Positions 24,851 to 37,198 of a DNA stretch of 64,000 nucleotides are shown piece after piece (positions within the stretch are counted from its first letter, which is position 1; each line of letters begins with the position of its first letter). Below the pieces are notes generated by a model that did not search any database, was not told the origin of the DNA, and was given only the letters and a program-made list of their open reading frames with translations. The DNA lies in the NCBI GenBank assembly GCA_032718475.1, contig JAUCBJ010005651.1:4679-68678 (forward strand), given 5' to 3'. The position numbers were made by a program, and so were the translations under genes. This stretch comes from Nemertoderma westbladi. Taxonomy: Eukaryota > Animalia > Xenacoelomorpha.

Positions 24851-25436
24851 ACCGGGTGAAAAATATTTATCACCCGGGTGAAAACATTTATCACCCGGGT
24901 AAAAACATTTATCACCCGGGTAAAAACATTTATCACCCGGGTGAAAACATTTATCACCCGGGTGAAAACATTTATCACCCGGGTGAAAACATTTATCACC
25001 CGGGTGAAAACATTTATCACCCGGGTGAAAATTATTTTAATGTATAACTATTGTCTTCCGTTTATTGTTTTGGTTTGAATAACATGCCACTGTAACCTGA
25101 TCCTTTCCCTTAATTGATTAATAAGATTGGTCGAGATATTAATTCACCAATAGTGACTCTGGATCAAAATGAGCTTTCGATATTATTTATAAGGAACTAA
25201 CTACATGTGTTCAGAGTTCTGATATTTTTCACCCGGGTGATAAATGTTTTTCACCCGGGTGAAAAAGGTTTTACACGCGGGTGATAAATGCTTTTCAACC
25301 GGGTAATAAATGTTTTTTACCCGGGTGATAAATTTTTTTCACCCGGGTGATAAATGTTTTTCACCCGGGTGATAAATGTTTTTCACCCGGGTGATAAATG
25401 TATTTCACCCGGGTGATAAATGTTTTTCACCCGGTG
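24851..25436. mobile_element. Fold-back element: two inverted arrays of 21/22-bp CACCCGGGTG units flanking a ~195-bp spacer
   Basis: (cacccgggtgaaaacatttat)n at 24851-25032 and (ttttcacccgggtgataaatgtt)n at 25225-25436. Confidence 0.85.
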
Positions 25437-25739
25437 CAGTGATTGTGGTTTGGTGCCATGGTTCCAAGAACCAAAGGCAGCTTTGGCCTTCCAGCGACGG
25501 TTGCTAAACACAACCATAGCTCGTAAGTTCATGGAGCTGAAAGCCACGGAGGACCGAGTAGTACTGTAGGTGCCAAGCATCGTCACCTTGCATCTTGTCT
25601 GGTGGACCCGTGCCTACTCGAGCTAGTCGTCTGCCTGGCCAACACCTAGTGTGACGGTAAGCTTGAGCGACAGAGGTCTGACCAGGATGAAAAGTTTAGG
25701 TGGTGGGCTGTCAGACAAAGGACACCCTTACTAAACATT

Positions 25740-26310
25740 ATTGGCATGTTGTCGCTACAACGGCGTGTCATCTGAAGCAACAGGGCTTGATTGCTGTGCC
25801 GTTCGACAAGGGGAATGGGTACTGCATTATGAAGAAGGAGTCGTACCTCGCCCAGGTGGATGCGCTCATTGCCGACCCGATCAAGTTTGGTCCCCCTCCT
25901 GGTTGACCCAGTGCTGTTAAGATAGATATCTACCGTTGGAGGGTGGAGGTTATTCGGGACGAGGTTACCAGAATCGTGGGGAAGGAGAATAAGGAACTTC
26001 TGGCGAGGCTATTGCCTCGCAAAGATACCACTCCTCCCAGGCTGTATGACCTTGCTAAGGTACATGCAGCTGGTGCCATAACCTCTATGCCCGGCAGCAT
26101 TTACCATCCTGTCGCTGGGTTTCTCAGAGATATGCTTGATGTGCTGCCCAAAGGTAAGATATCCACTAACAGCTCTGGGTCTGACGATCGTCTCGCTGAA
26201 CTAGAGGTTAGAACCCACGGACCGTATCTACTCCCTGGACGTTGTGAGTTTATTCACAATGTCCCACTGAACGCACTGAGGGAGGCGGTGCAACCCGGAC
26301 AGCCAGCCAA
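25740..26310 (+). mobile_element. Penelope-like retroelement RT fragment (decayed)
   Basis: LIAVPFDKGNGYCIM..YLAQV (xDKG motif) and PPRLYDLAKVH (P.LYGLPK.HK motif), followed by in-frame disruptions. Confidence 0.6.
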
Positions 26311-27314
26311 TCAGTATAACAATAAAAATATAAATAAAAATAAATAATAATTTATAAATATACAGTAATATAAAATAAATTTAAATAGCCTTACGAAACA
26401 GCGAGGGGCTTTGCTTACTAAAGCAAAAGCTAAAGCTGGACCACGCTCCGCGTGGAGCTCGGATGGAAGATTCTTGGTCGCTCGAATTGGTGGTACACCA
26501 ATGGTGGTTTCATCCCTTGCTGACAATGAAGCATGGACACCTCCATCATCAGATACACCGGTGGTTGTACGTCAGAAATCGAACGCAGGCCTCCTGTACA
26601 AATACCAGAACCTCAACCAATGCTGCAATGGTTGCTCCAGCTACAACCCCCATGAGTCAATGGCGCGGACTGACCGCAAACACAAAATAAATTTTAGTGG
26701 GTTTGAAAATTAATTTAATTTAAATAAAAACATTAAGGGAAAGGAGCAGGTTACAGTGGCAGTATTTTCTAACCAAAACAATAAACTATACATTATTTCA
26801 CTTGCGGTCAATTTGCGCTGAAGATCACGATTTTCGCTTGCGGTCAAAGTGTGCCACTATCTGAACCTCACACGCCAGCAAATTCGTCAAATACAGACAC
26901 TATCACTGGCCCAAGGAACTGCAAAGAACTATAAATATAATTAAGTCATTTTCTCTAACCCCAGTTCTTTCAAAATTATATTAGTCACTGGTAGAAACAT
27001 ATTTTAATTACTGCATCTCTCTATGGGGTCAAGCAAATATGCAATCAAGTTCAAATAAAGCTACACCGACTGCGAGTATGTCTAAATATACAGGTCCTCG
27101 CCGTCGTAGACGCAAACATAGAAACCAACCAATGAACATACATAAATTACGTAGCCTCTACAACAATGTGTAATAATTAAATATTACAACCCAAATTTTA
27201 ATCCTCACTGTTTACGTTGTTTGTACATTTCTCAAGTAGGTGCAATCTGTATCAAGTACATTAACGGAATACTCCCGAATGATATTTTTCCACATCTTTT
27301 AACTCCCATAGACC

Positions 27315-27422
27315 ATAGGGAAAATACATAGAGTCAGTTGTAAGCTGTCACGCTAAAGTATTTATACATTAGATTGACAGCTTGCAACTACAGTAATGAC
27401 TAACTCTATGTATTTTCCCTAT
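27315..27422. mobile_element. Tiny hairpin MITE (~108 bp)
   Basis: atagggaaaatacatagagt ... actctatgtattttccctat perfect 20-bp inverted ends, with inner agttgtaagctgtca / tgacagcttgcaact. Confidence 0.8.
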
Positions 27423-29042
27423 CACGATTACCTTACATTACTGTATATATACACGTTAACCTTTTTGGGATTCACCTATCAGGTAGTCCCCATTAAAAAT
27501 TATAAATATAGACCCCTACCCCACCTTTTCCTGTTAGTTGCCAGTACATAGTCTGACAGTCTGATGCAGACCGGTCAGCCGGTAGGTCGAAAACGTTTAC
27601 TATTGTATCTCCCTAATTAATATAATATGACCGGTTAAAGACCCTCAATACTTTATATATTTTTTCTACTGTCTGATTTGTGTACACTACTGCACTATGC
27701 TACAGCTGGCTGGCTGGTGAATGCCTACCTGCCTATGCCTACCCAGCTACCACTTCATCCGTTCGAATACTAGACAGCACTCAGGCTGTCAGGCACTCTG
27801 GCACTGGCAGTGCTCCGAAAAAATCCATTACCGGTAGGACCTACTGCTGTAGTACTGCTACACTGTCTGACTATACACTCACACTAATTCGGATCACTAA
27901 TCTGCGACTGTATGTCAGTATGTCGGAAGTTCGGAATTATATGAACCCGATGGCTGGATGGGGAGCAATAAATTCCGTACGCCGTATGCAGGTTATGACT
28001 GTCTGTACCGTACTCTGTATGACAGTATGGACCATGACCCTGGCAGCCTGGACTGCTGGACGCGTGGACGGCAGACAGGCAGACGGATGTCCCTGCTTCC
28101 CTGTGCTGCTGCAGTGCCTGAGTGCTGTACCCTGGCAGCCTGGTACATGATGTACAGACGTACTGACACTGACGTACGGGCTGTCGGGGCTCTCGCTTGC
28201 TGCTCGGCTTCTCATACTGTCATATTTAGCAAATGTCAGAATGTCAAACAGTCGGACAGAATGTCGCAGAAACCACCCAAAATATTAATTTGGAGGAGTG
28301 TCCGTTCAAGGTCAGAAGGTACCGGTACTACTACACTACTGCACTAGGTGCTAGGCTTCAAACTACCACCAGACCACTCACTGCTGCACTGTCTGCAACT
28401 GTTTCGCCTGACCGCGCACAATCGACAATTTTTCAGCTGCGCGATATTTGACTATATACTGATATACCAGTATACAGATATCCAGATATCAGGATATACC
28501 AGTCCAGTATACTGCAGTACTGGTATACACTGATACAGGTATAACGGACCGGTACCGGCAGACAGGTACCGTACCACAGTCTGACAGTACCACGCATGGA
28601 TGGACCGAAGACTGGAAGAACCGCGCGCACCAAGTACCGGTACAGGTCCAGAGGTCTGCAGGTTCCAGGTTAACAGCTCAACTCCAATTATTTTATTAAT
28701 CAGTTAATACAGTATTACTGTATTCGGCTGTTCATAGATTAGAGTGATTAGACCAATTAAATTACAGCTGTATGGCTGTATGGGGTCTAATTACTGAATT
28801 ATTATACAATGGCTGAATGGAATAGCAGTACCGGTAATGAATTCAGGAATTCCAACTCCATATTTCAGTACCGGTAGGCCTATATCCAAAATCCAAACGT
28901 ACCGCCCGTACCGGTACCGTACTCCAAAAGTTGAATCTTAATAAAAAGTTGAATTTTAAAAAATAAAGTTGATATTTCAACTCAGTCGAAAGGAAATTCT
29001 CCCCGACCAACCGACTGTAAATTCGGGGGTGACAGACCTGCA

Positions 29043-29611
29043 GACCGAAGAACGAACGTAATCAGGATCGAACTGTCGAATGTAACATAGTTTTTACGAA
29101 TCGAACGTAATCTCAATTATGTTACATTGGATCCTATGACTATTAACTATGTTACATTCGATCTACAAATTACTGAATTACTAAGCCCGAATCAGCGAAT
29201 GTAACATACATTTATTTCAGTTGTGTTTTGATTTCAAGAGTTAACCGATGAAATGCTTTGTTTATTTGCAGGAAGAAACAGTTTGGTGAGTACAAAACAA
29301 AGACCCAAGACCCAATTACAGAATTAATTAACCTGCATAATCTTGTAACATGTGTTAACTTTCGTTTATTGTTTTGGTTCCCCCAACACGCCACTAACCT
29401 GCTCCTTTAAATGGCGATTTCGTTTATTGTTTTGGTTCCCCCAACACGCCTATGTAGCCTGATCCTTTAAATGGCAATGTTACATTCGTGCTTAGTAATT
29501 TGTAGATCGAATGTAACATAGTTATAGGAGGATCCAATGTAACATAATTGCGGTTACGTTCGATACGTAATAACTACCGGTATGTTACATTCAATCCTGA
29601 TTACGTTCGGT
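29043..29611. mobile_element. Fold-back MITE with ~135-165-bp imperfect inverted arms, ending ~145 bp upstream of the TSG101 ATG
   Basis: gaccgaa..cgtaatcaggat..aatgtaacatag versus tatgttacattcaatcctgattacgttcggtc; multiple ATGTAACAT/ATGTTACAT motifs. Confidence 0.8.
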
Positions 29612-29755
29612 CATGTATCCTAAATTCGTCTGTGAACTGTAGAATATATTCCGAAGAAATAGAGTATTTTGTCAGTAATCATTGTTCCTTACAATACTAG
29701 TTAACGATATAGGCCCTATACATTAATTTACCAATGATATGAATATGTTCCCATA

Positions 29756-30979
29756 ATGCCTGCGCTAAAGTCGCTTCTTAGTGACTACGTACACTCGGAC
29801 CTGTCGTACAAAGATGTTTCCAAACTAGCTACTCCGTATCCGGACCTCAAACCTGGTAAGGATAAGTTTATGTACAACGATGGCACGACCCGCAATCTTG
29901 TTCGACTTGTCGGGACCATACCTGTCCTTTACCGTTCGTCTCGTTATAACATCCCGATAGAACTGTGGTTGCAGCCGACCCACCCTTACACCGCTCCGAT
30001 ATGCTACGTTAAACCGACATCGGATATGTTGGTGAAAGCTTCGCCACAAGTCGACAGCAACGGTAAGGTCTACCTGCCATATCTGACCGAGTGGAATTTC
30101 CCGCAATCGGATCTGTACACCTTAGTACAGATATTGAGCTTGACATTCGGCGAGGATTGTCCGGTGTATAAGAAACCGGCTAACATGCCGTACGCAGCGC
30201 CGGCGCCCTACGCTCCACCGCCCCAGCCAGGCTACCCCCCGGGTATTGGCGGCCCCCCGGCTGGCTACACGCCGATGCCAACCCTCCCCGCTCGAGGGTT
30301 CCCCTCCTACCCGACCGCCCGTCCGCCCTACCAACCCCCGGCGTTAAACACACCGTACGGCCCCTCACGCCCGGCCTATAACGCCGCGTACGGCTACCCC
30401 GCCCCCACTCGCCCTCCCGTGCCCCCTTTCCCGCCGGCCGGGCAAGGCCAGTATCAGCAGACGGGGTACCCGGACGCCGCAGTGCGGGCGAGTTTGGTGA
30501 GTGCGGTTGACGAGAAGCTGAAACGGCGTCTCAAACAGACGATAGCGCAAGCCGACGCGGAGATAGAGTCGCTGAAAAAGTGTCAGAACGATCTACAACG
30601 GGGGAGTCAACGTCTAGAAAACATAATAACGAGTTTAGAGAAAGATAACGACGATATAGAAAGACATTTCATAGTTCTTAAACAGAAGAACGAAGACATT
30701 GTCAAAGCCATTGATGAGGTGGAGAATAAAGTAGACGACTCCGAAACGGATGTAGACGAAGCAGTACAGCCAACCACGCCTCTCTACCACCAGATGCTCA
30801 ATCTATTCGCCTCGGAGAACGCGATTGAGGACACTCTGTATTACCTCGGAGACGCGTTGAAGATGGGACTTGTGGAACTCGAGATTTACCTCAAACAGGT
30901 TCGAACTCTCTCCCGGAAACAGTTTGAACTCAGAGCGTTGATATTCAAAGCGAGACAGAAAGCGGGGTTGCGCTGTTAG
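29756..30979 (+). CDS. TSG101: Tumor susceptibility gene 101 (ESCRT-I/Vps23), single-exon 407 aa
   Basis: UEV domain (LVGTIPVLYR..YNIPIELWL..THPY.APICYVKPTSDM, VDSNGKVYLPYL), Pro-rich linker, VRASLVSAVDEKL coiled coil, steadiness box (PLYHQ.L.LFASENAIEDTLYYLG..LSRKQF..KARQKAGL). Confidence 0.97.
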   Translation: MPALKSLLSDYVHSDLSYKDVSKLATPYPDLKPGKDKFMYNDGTTRNLVRLVGTIPVLYRSSRYNIPIELWLQPTHPYTAPICYVKPTSDMLVKASPQVDSNGKVYLPYLTEWNFPQSDLYTLVQILSLTFGEDCPVYKKPANMPYAAPAPYAPPPQPGYPPGIGGPPAGYTPMPTLPARGFPSYPTARPPYQPPALNTPYGPSRPAYNAAYGYPAPTRPPVPPFPPAGQGQYQQTGYPDAAVRASLVSAVDEKLKRRLKQTIAQADAEIESLKKCQNDLQRGSQRLENIITSLEKDNDDIERHFIVLKQKNEDIVKAIDEVENKVDDSETDVDEAVQPTTPLYHQMLNLFASENAIEDTLYYLGDALKMGLVELEIYLKQVRTLSRKQFELRALIFKARQKAGLRC

Positions 30980-31430
30980 GCCCGACCCCACGATTGGGAA
31001 TTTTACAATTAATTTACTTTAATTAATATTGTTTTGTTTGACTGTCAACTTGTTACGCAGGGGGTTATTTAATTAATTAATTAATTAATATACCAGGTAT
31101 TTATTGGTTAGTGTGATTCTGCAGTATCTTTTTGAGGCCTTGCCAAACAGCACATGGGCCTTGTCTTATTGTTAGATAACGTATTTACCAATATAATAAT
31201 AAGTTATTTTCAGCTTGCGGCAGTTCCAAACTGAAACTACTTGGTAACAATCACACAAACACCCATCCCACTGCTGTACGGTACGCGCTTCCGCTTAAAT
31301 GTATATTTTTCCGTTTATGTTAGAAACTTTCACTCGAATTATATATATATAATTATATATAATATTTACTTTTAAATGGTTTAACCATGTTGGTTTACCG
31401 GAGGGGTTTTATTGCTTCACTAATAGGGGT

Positions 31431-31510
31431 GCACCGGGGCGGATATCCTATCCGGTCGGATATCCGGTGAGAATTTACCAATATCCGGTAATCCGGCCGG
31501 ATATTTTGCG
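31431..31510 (+). mobile_element. Probable hAT-type MITE end (TAGGGGTGCACCG + ATCCGG subterminal repeats)
   Basis: taggggtgcaccgg followed by repeated (gg)atatccgg motifs; other end not found. Confidence 0.4.
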
Positions 31511-33559
31511 CAAATTGTTTCAGGATCTAAATGTACGGGAAGGAAAAATAAATATTATTCAACCTGATTTATTTCTTACAATTAATATAATGGTACCGGT
31601 GTAATATCGAACGTTTAACAATATTATATTTAAATAATATCTAAGTTCTTCTATGTTTACAGTTGGAGCGACTAATAATTATCTATTGGCGTCAAAACAA
31701 TCCCGACCCACAGACAGACAGGCCAGACTTATATATTTACCAAATTTACCGTATTTATTTAATATATTATTGTAAATTCGACGCTAAAATTATGTTAATA
31801 TATTATTTTGATTGTTTTTTTATTCGGATTTCTGGATCCCCGACGTTCTAATTTAGTTTCATTATAAACAAGTTGTTCCTCAAGGTGCCAGAATAGTAAC
31901 TATTGTAAGTAAGATTGATGGTTGGTAATTCTTTAATTATATGTTTTATTACATTATATAGAAAGAATAATATTTAAAATATATGTGTGGTGTGGAGGTA
32001 GTTAGTTAGTGAAGTACTAAGTTAATGATTAGTTATGTTAGTAATAAATAGTAGGGATATAAAATGAATCACAATAATATAAAACAACTATATATACCGT
32101 AACTAAATTACAATTTATTATATTTACAGAAATAAAACAGAATAGCGTAAATTTATTACGGACTATTTATAATAATACATATTATTTAAAAATTTATGCC
32201 TTAATTGAAGGTTACTAATGTACAATGGCTTATTTTGCAAATATTTATACAAATATATGTAATAATTCCATATCTTGGTAACAACAATTATTTGCGTAAT
32301 AAATGACACCATTTATTTATCTCTTGTAGCTTCATACTTTATATAAATATTTATTGACCGCCCGCCATTATGGGTAATCTCTGGACAAACTGATGATACT
32401 GGCGACTAACTATTTTGAGTCATCATATTTGTAATAATTTGCTATTAAGGGTTGGAGGAATGGTTTTACATATAATTAAAATTGCTGTTGAGCTCAGCTA
32501 CCCGCGATGTCTTTTTTGCATCCAGATGGGATCGAACTGGTGACCTCCAGGTCGGAAGTTACTTCCTATTCCAATAGCAGTATGTGGAAAACATGAATAT
32601 CCAATTGTATAGTAAAGTGAGTATGATTCAGTGATTATCTCGACTCAACAGTATGAACTCTATACTAGAAAGGCCAGCAAGTTGGCTGTATAAAGACTGT
32701 TTAGACAGACGTAATGTAGTTGGGTCCCTCCCCATTAAACAGCTTTGCTTACAGTCTGAGAGAGATTAATCCCAGCCTCTAAATGTAATTACTTTGAACG
32801 GTCCAGTGCTTAAAATTCAAGCAGCAGGCCTCCCACCTAACATAGCAGCTGAATAACCTTAGATATTCCCATAATATTCACTGGGATGAGCTATTCAGCT
32901 GGCGGAGTAATATATTACAAACTTACAGTTGATGTTTGCTTACTCTCTAGGATATAATGAGAGAGTAATAAACTTGGCAAGTAATTTACTTCTGTACAGT
33001 TTGGGCCTATCTGTTCAATATTAGTAGCATTACTAGGCCCTCACGAGCACCAGCAGCGGTGTTTCTATTATTATTTTTGCACATCCTGGGGTTGAGCTGC
33101 GTCGATCGATATAACTTTCATTGGCTGACGAGCTATAGTTTCGGAGGAGTTCACCTGATAAAAAATAAATATAGAGAATACTTTTACAGTAATAAGAAAG
33201 GTCTTCTTCTCTAATTATGATTCAGTGCTAAGCTCTTATGGTCGACATCCTATTATAAGCCATATATTTTTAAGGAATATTGGTTGATAACTAGCCTTTT
33301 GCGCAAAAAGTAAATTTCCACCATTACAGTGCCATTTTGTGTCCAATTTTAAAAATATTTGGTTTGGGCATTTTTAAGCAGCCCTGACGATGTTTAGTAG
33401 CTATTCATAAGTTCTTGTACCACAAAAAATCATTTTTACCCAAATTTGTGAGGTGTGAAATTGTTGATGCGGTGCTACCCACCTTGAAATGGCCAATTTC
33501 AGGTTTCTTTTAAACTTAAATACCCTATTCACGGGAAGTTTTTGAATTCGTACCTCGAA

Positions 33560-33610
33560 TTCGCATCTCTCCGGAGGTCCTGGGTTCGATCCTCACATGA
33601 GGGCCATTCC
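33560..33610 (+). repeat. tRNA-derived SINE head remnant (B-box)
   Basis: ggaggtcctgggttcgatcc; a similar minus-strand motif lies at ~32520-32560 (ggaggtcaccagttcgatccc). Confidence 0.35.
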
Positions 33611-35489
33611 AGTTTTCGTTTTGACTCGAATGTTTTAGAGGAACTAACTAGAGCCCATCTCTGTCTGCATCCTTACATGGTAGAGCAATTAGTAGACCTA
33701 CTGGAGTTTCCTCTGGGGAGTATAGTTCTGGTTCTAGGAGGACCACACTGGAAATAAGTCGTAATACTTTGTGTGTAATCCTTAGCCAAAAGGTCGAAGA
33801 AAAGTCTTTTTTTATCACAATGCATCCCTTGGTCACTGTTTCATGAAAATGTTAACGAACATACATAGTAGAAGCGGTCCCCATAGTCATCCTAAACCAT
33901 CTTGGTTATAAATTTATCCAGAAAGGGGAGTAGTGCCTATTAAGCATTATTCACAGACAGTGCTAAACGGGCGTAAGTAATGCAGACCGGCGTAAAGTAT
34001 GATGACGTATGAATACGTTTGGATGTCCGTCCATACGGCAATCTATCGATGGACACTATTAATTGTCAGACTAAAGGAGTTGAATACTTTCAGTTTGCTT
34101 AGAGATTAATGTATAAAAAGCAGAAAGATTCATATTTGGCCATTATTGAAAATATATCTCTGGTATCAAAATTTCAGATAATTTCAACGAAAATAAAAGA
34201 GGTAGTTTTCATATTTGCTTCTAGATATTTCACACAAAAAATTGATGTGGTCATAAATATCGGGCCATCAAAAGAGACTATTATGGTCTCAGCTGTTACC
34301 TGTTAACCATATTGTTTAAGTTAAAGGTTATTCTCATGAATTGAAAGTCAAAATTTCCCCACCAACAGATGGAACTAAACCAAAAACAAAACAAACCGCA
34401 AACAATAGACCCTACCTATAACTTCATTCCGTTTGGAAGGATAAGAACATAACACAACTTTATCAACCGATCTGCCTGTTGGAAAATCCTGAATTACGAT
34501 GAGTTTGTTACGAGGGATTTTCTTCTCAATATCTTCTTCTACTTTGGTTTCAGTTTTTGTCGGTAAATTTGTTTCCTATTTTGCTTATTTTTTTATTTGC
34601 GGAATCACAAAATCTTTCGAGTTTTCTAGCTGTACTTGCGGCCTTCCTTTTCCCTGCCTTTCATGGCCATAGAGATGGTATAATACTTACAGTAGAGCAC
34701 ACAACGAATGCATGCAGGCTTCCTTACTGGACAACTCCTACAGTATGAATTATTAATAGCTACAGTACAACTTGCTAGGACTGGATTTAATCCCGAGAGA
34801 TGTAACCCGAGAAACAATCTTACACCAACAAACCATTTAAATGCCCAGAAAGCACACTTGTGTGAGACCGAAAGTACTGACTACAGCGACGTCAGAAACA
34901 GACACAAAATGTTGACCTGTCAGCATATGCAATTGTGAATTCAAGCCAACTGGCAAAACAGCAAAGTTCAGCATAAGTAAATCCCGATAAATTTGAAGGA
35001 ACCATTGTCACACATAATTTAAAAATCATGCCACAAAGAAAAAACTGTCAAAATTTGTCAAGGACAGAAGTCAGGGACATACATTTTTTAACTCTGTTGT
35101 TCACGGCTCATGTGATGCCCATATGCTAATTCCATACACTAAAAAGTGAAAATATATTGTTTATAATAAGCATTATTTCACGCAATTAAAAAAAATTATT
35201 AAAAAAAACTGATTGTGTGCATTTCAATTTGTGTCAGGGACAGAAAAATATTTGGCAAAACGGCATTCAAATTGACTTGTATTGCCTATAAAGCGAACTC
35301 ATAGGTTTTTGTTGACCAGATTCGAAAATTTGCTATTATTCCTTAACATATTCCTGGAAAAAAAAACTTGATAAAATCACCTTTGAACAATGACTGAAGG
35401 GGTGACACATTTTCAATAATGACAATTTAACCTACCGCATGGTGCACTGCTTCGCACTGTTCACGATTCATCGATTTGCACTGCTCACA

Positions 35490-37198
35490 TACAGCAACAA
35501 TCAAGACTTACCTGGCAAACTGTAAATGAGGTATCTGGTCGGAAAAGTTGTGCAAAGGGGCGCCTCAAAGCCGATAGTCATGAAGAACGTGTTGGGAAGT
35601 GGAAAAATCACTTCAGCAACTTGCTTGGGCAGCCACCAAACATCGAGGTCAGGGAAAATATATGACAAGACACTACCTATAGAAACAGGGGACTTCACAC
35701 CTGCCGAACTCCAAAGAAGCATTAAAAGCATGTCCAATAATAAAGCGAGTGGATTAGATGAAATCCCAGCGGAGGTATGGAAAACCGGAGTGCTAAACAG
35801 ACCATTATTTAATGTTTGCAACCGGATGTTAAAAGGGGAAAAGCCACCACCAATTTGGACTAAAGGTCAACTAAAGCCTCTCCCCAAGAAAGGAGACCTC
35901 GGCATACCAACAAACTATCGTAGGATCTGTCTGCTTGTGGTAGCTGCCAAAATATACAATAAAATGATTCTATATAGGATTAGGCCTCACATAGAGAAAC
36001 TACTGCGTAAGAGCCAAAACGGATTTCGACCAAGTAGATCAACAATAGCTCAGATACTTGCACTACGGAGACTGATTGAAGGAATTAAGTCAAAGAATCT
36101 CCCAGCTGTCATGACTTTTGTGGACTTCAAGAAGGCATTCGACTCCATCCATAGAAGTAAAATGCTTGAAATCCTAAGAGCTTATGGAATACCAGAAGTA
36201 ATTGTTGCTGGCATTGGATTGTTATATTGTGACACAGAAGCGCAGGTACTCTCACCAGATGGTGAAACTGAGTTTTTCTCAATCCTGGCTGGCGTACTGC
36301 AAGGTGACACATTAGCACCATTACTATTTGTAATTGTGCTGGATCACGCAATGAGGACGGCCACAAAGGGTGAAGACCTGGGATTCACACTTCAAGAACG
36401 CAGTAAGTAGTAGATGTCCGGCAACTACAGTCACAGACACCGACTTTGCGGATGACATCGCCCTGCTCTCTAATACCCTAGCAGATGCACAGCTTCTACT
36501 AAATAAAGTGGAGAGGGCTGCTAAGGAGGTTGGATTGCATATAAATGCTACAAAGACCGAATTCATGACCTTTAATGTTGATGGAAACTTGACAACCATT
36601 GATAATAATCAACTAAGGAAGGTCGGTGACTTCCAGTACCTTGGATCATGGATAGAGAGTAGCAAAAAGGACATAGAAGTTAGGAAAGCAAAGGCTTGGG
36701 TAGCTCTATCAAAAATGGATACCATCTGGAAATCAGATCTCTCCAGGCACCTGAAGACTAAGTTCTTTCGAGCCACAGTGGAAAGTGTATTTTTATATGG
36801 GGGTGAGACCTGGACACTGACTAAATCACTTGAACAACGAATTGATGGTTGCTACACAAGACAACTAAGGGCAGCCCTAAACATCAGCTGGAGACAACAC
36901 ATGAAAAACGCCGAACTTTATGGTACAATACCACCTGTATCAACCACCCTCCGTGAACGAAGATTAAGATTCAGTGGGCACTGCTGGCGAAGTAAAGACG
37001 AAGTCATACCAGATCTACTTTTCTGGCAACCAACTCATGGAAAGCGTAGTCGTGGACGACCGGCCATAACATATATAGATCAACTTGAAAGGGATACTGA
37101 ACTTAGGAGAAACGAAATTGCGACAACTATGGAGAATCGGGAAGCCTGGAAGGATCTCATTCCACTGTCCGAGTTCGCTCGACCTAGTAGTAGTAGTA
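35490..37198 (+). mobile_element. 5'-truncated RTE-clade LINE, frameshifted, (TAG)n tail
   Basis: PKKGDL..NYR.I.LL, QNGFRPSRST, FVDFKKAFDSI, GVLQGDTLAP, DFADD, FQYLGSW, RERRLRFSGHCWR, GKRSRGRP; frameshift near 36405; tail cctagtagtagtagta. Confidence 0.93.

Noticed and set aside
26370-26713. LTKQRGALLTKAK..SAWSSDGRFLV resembling a LINE ORF1 C-terminal motif
   Set aside because: Too short and disrupted to call without a profile search.
32515-33610. tRNA genes at the GTTCGATCC motifs
   Set aside because: No complete cloverleaf or acceptor stem could be folded; at most SINE remnants.
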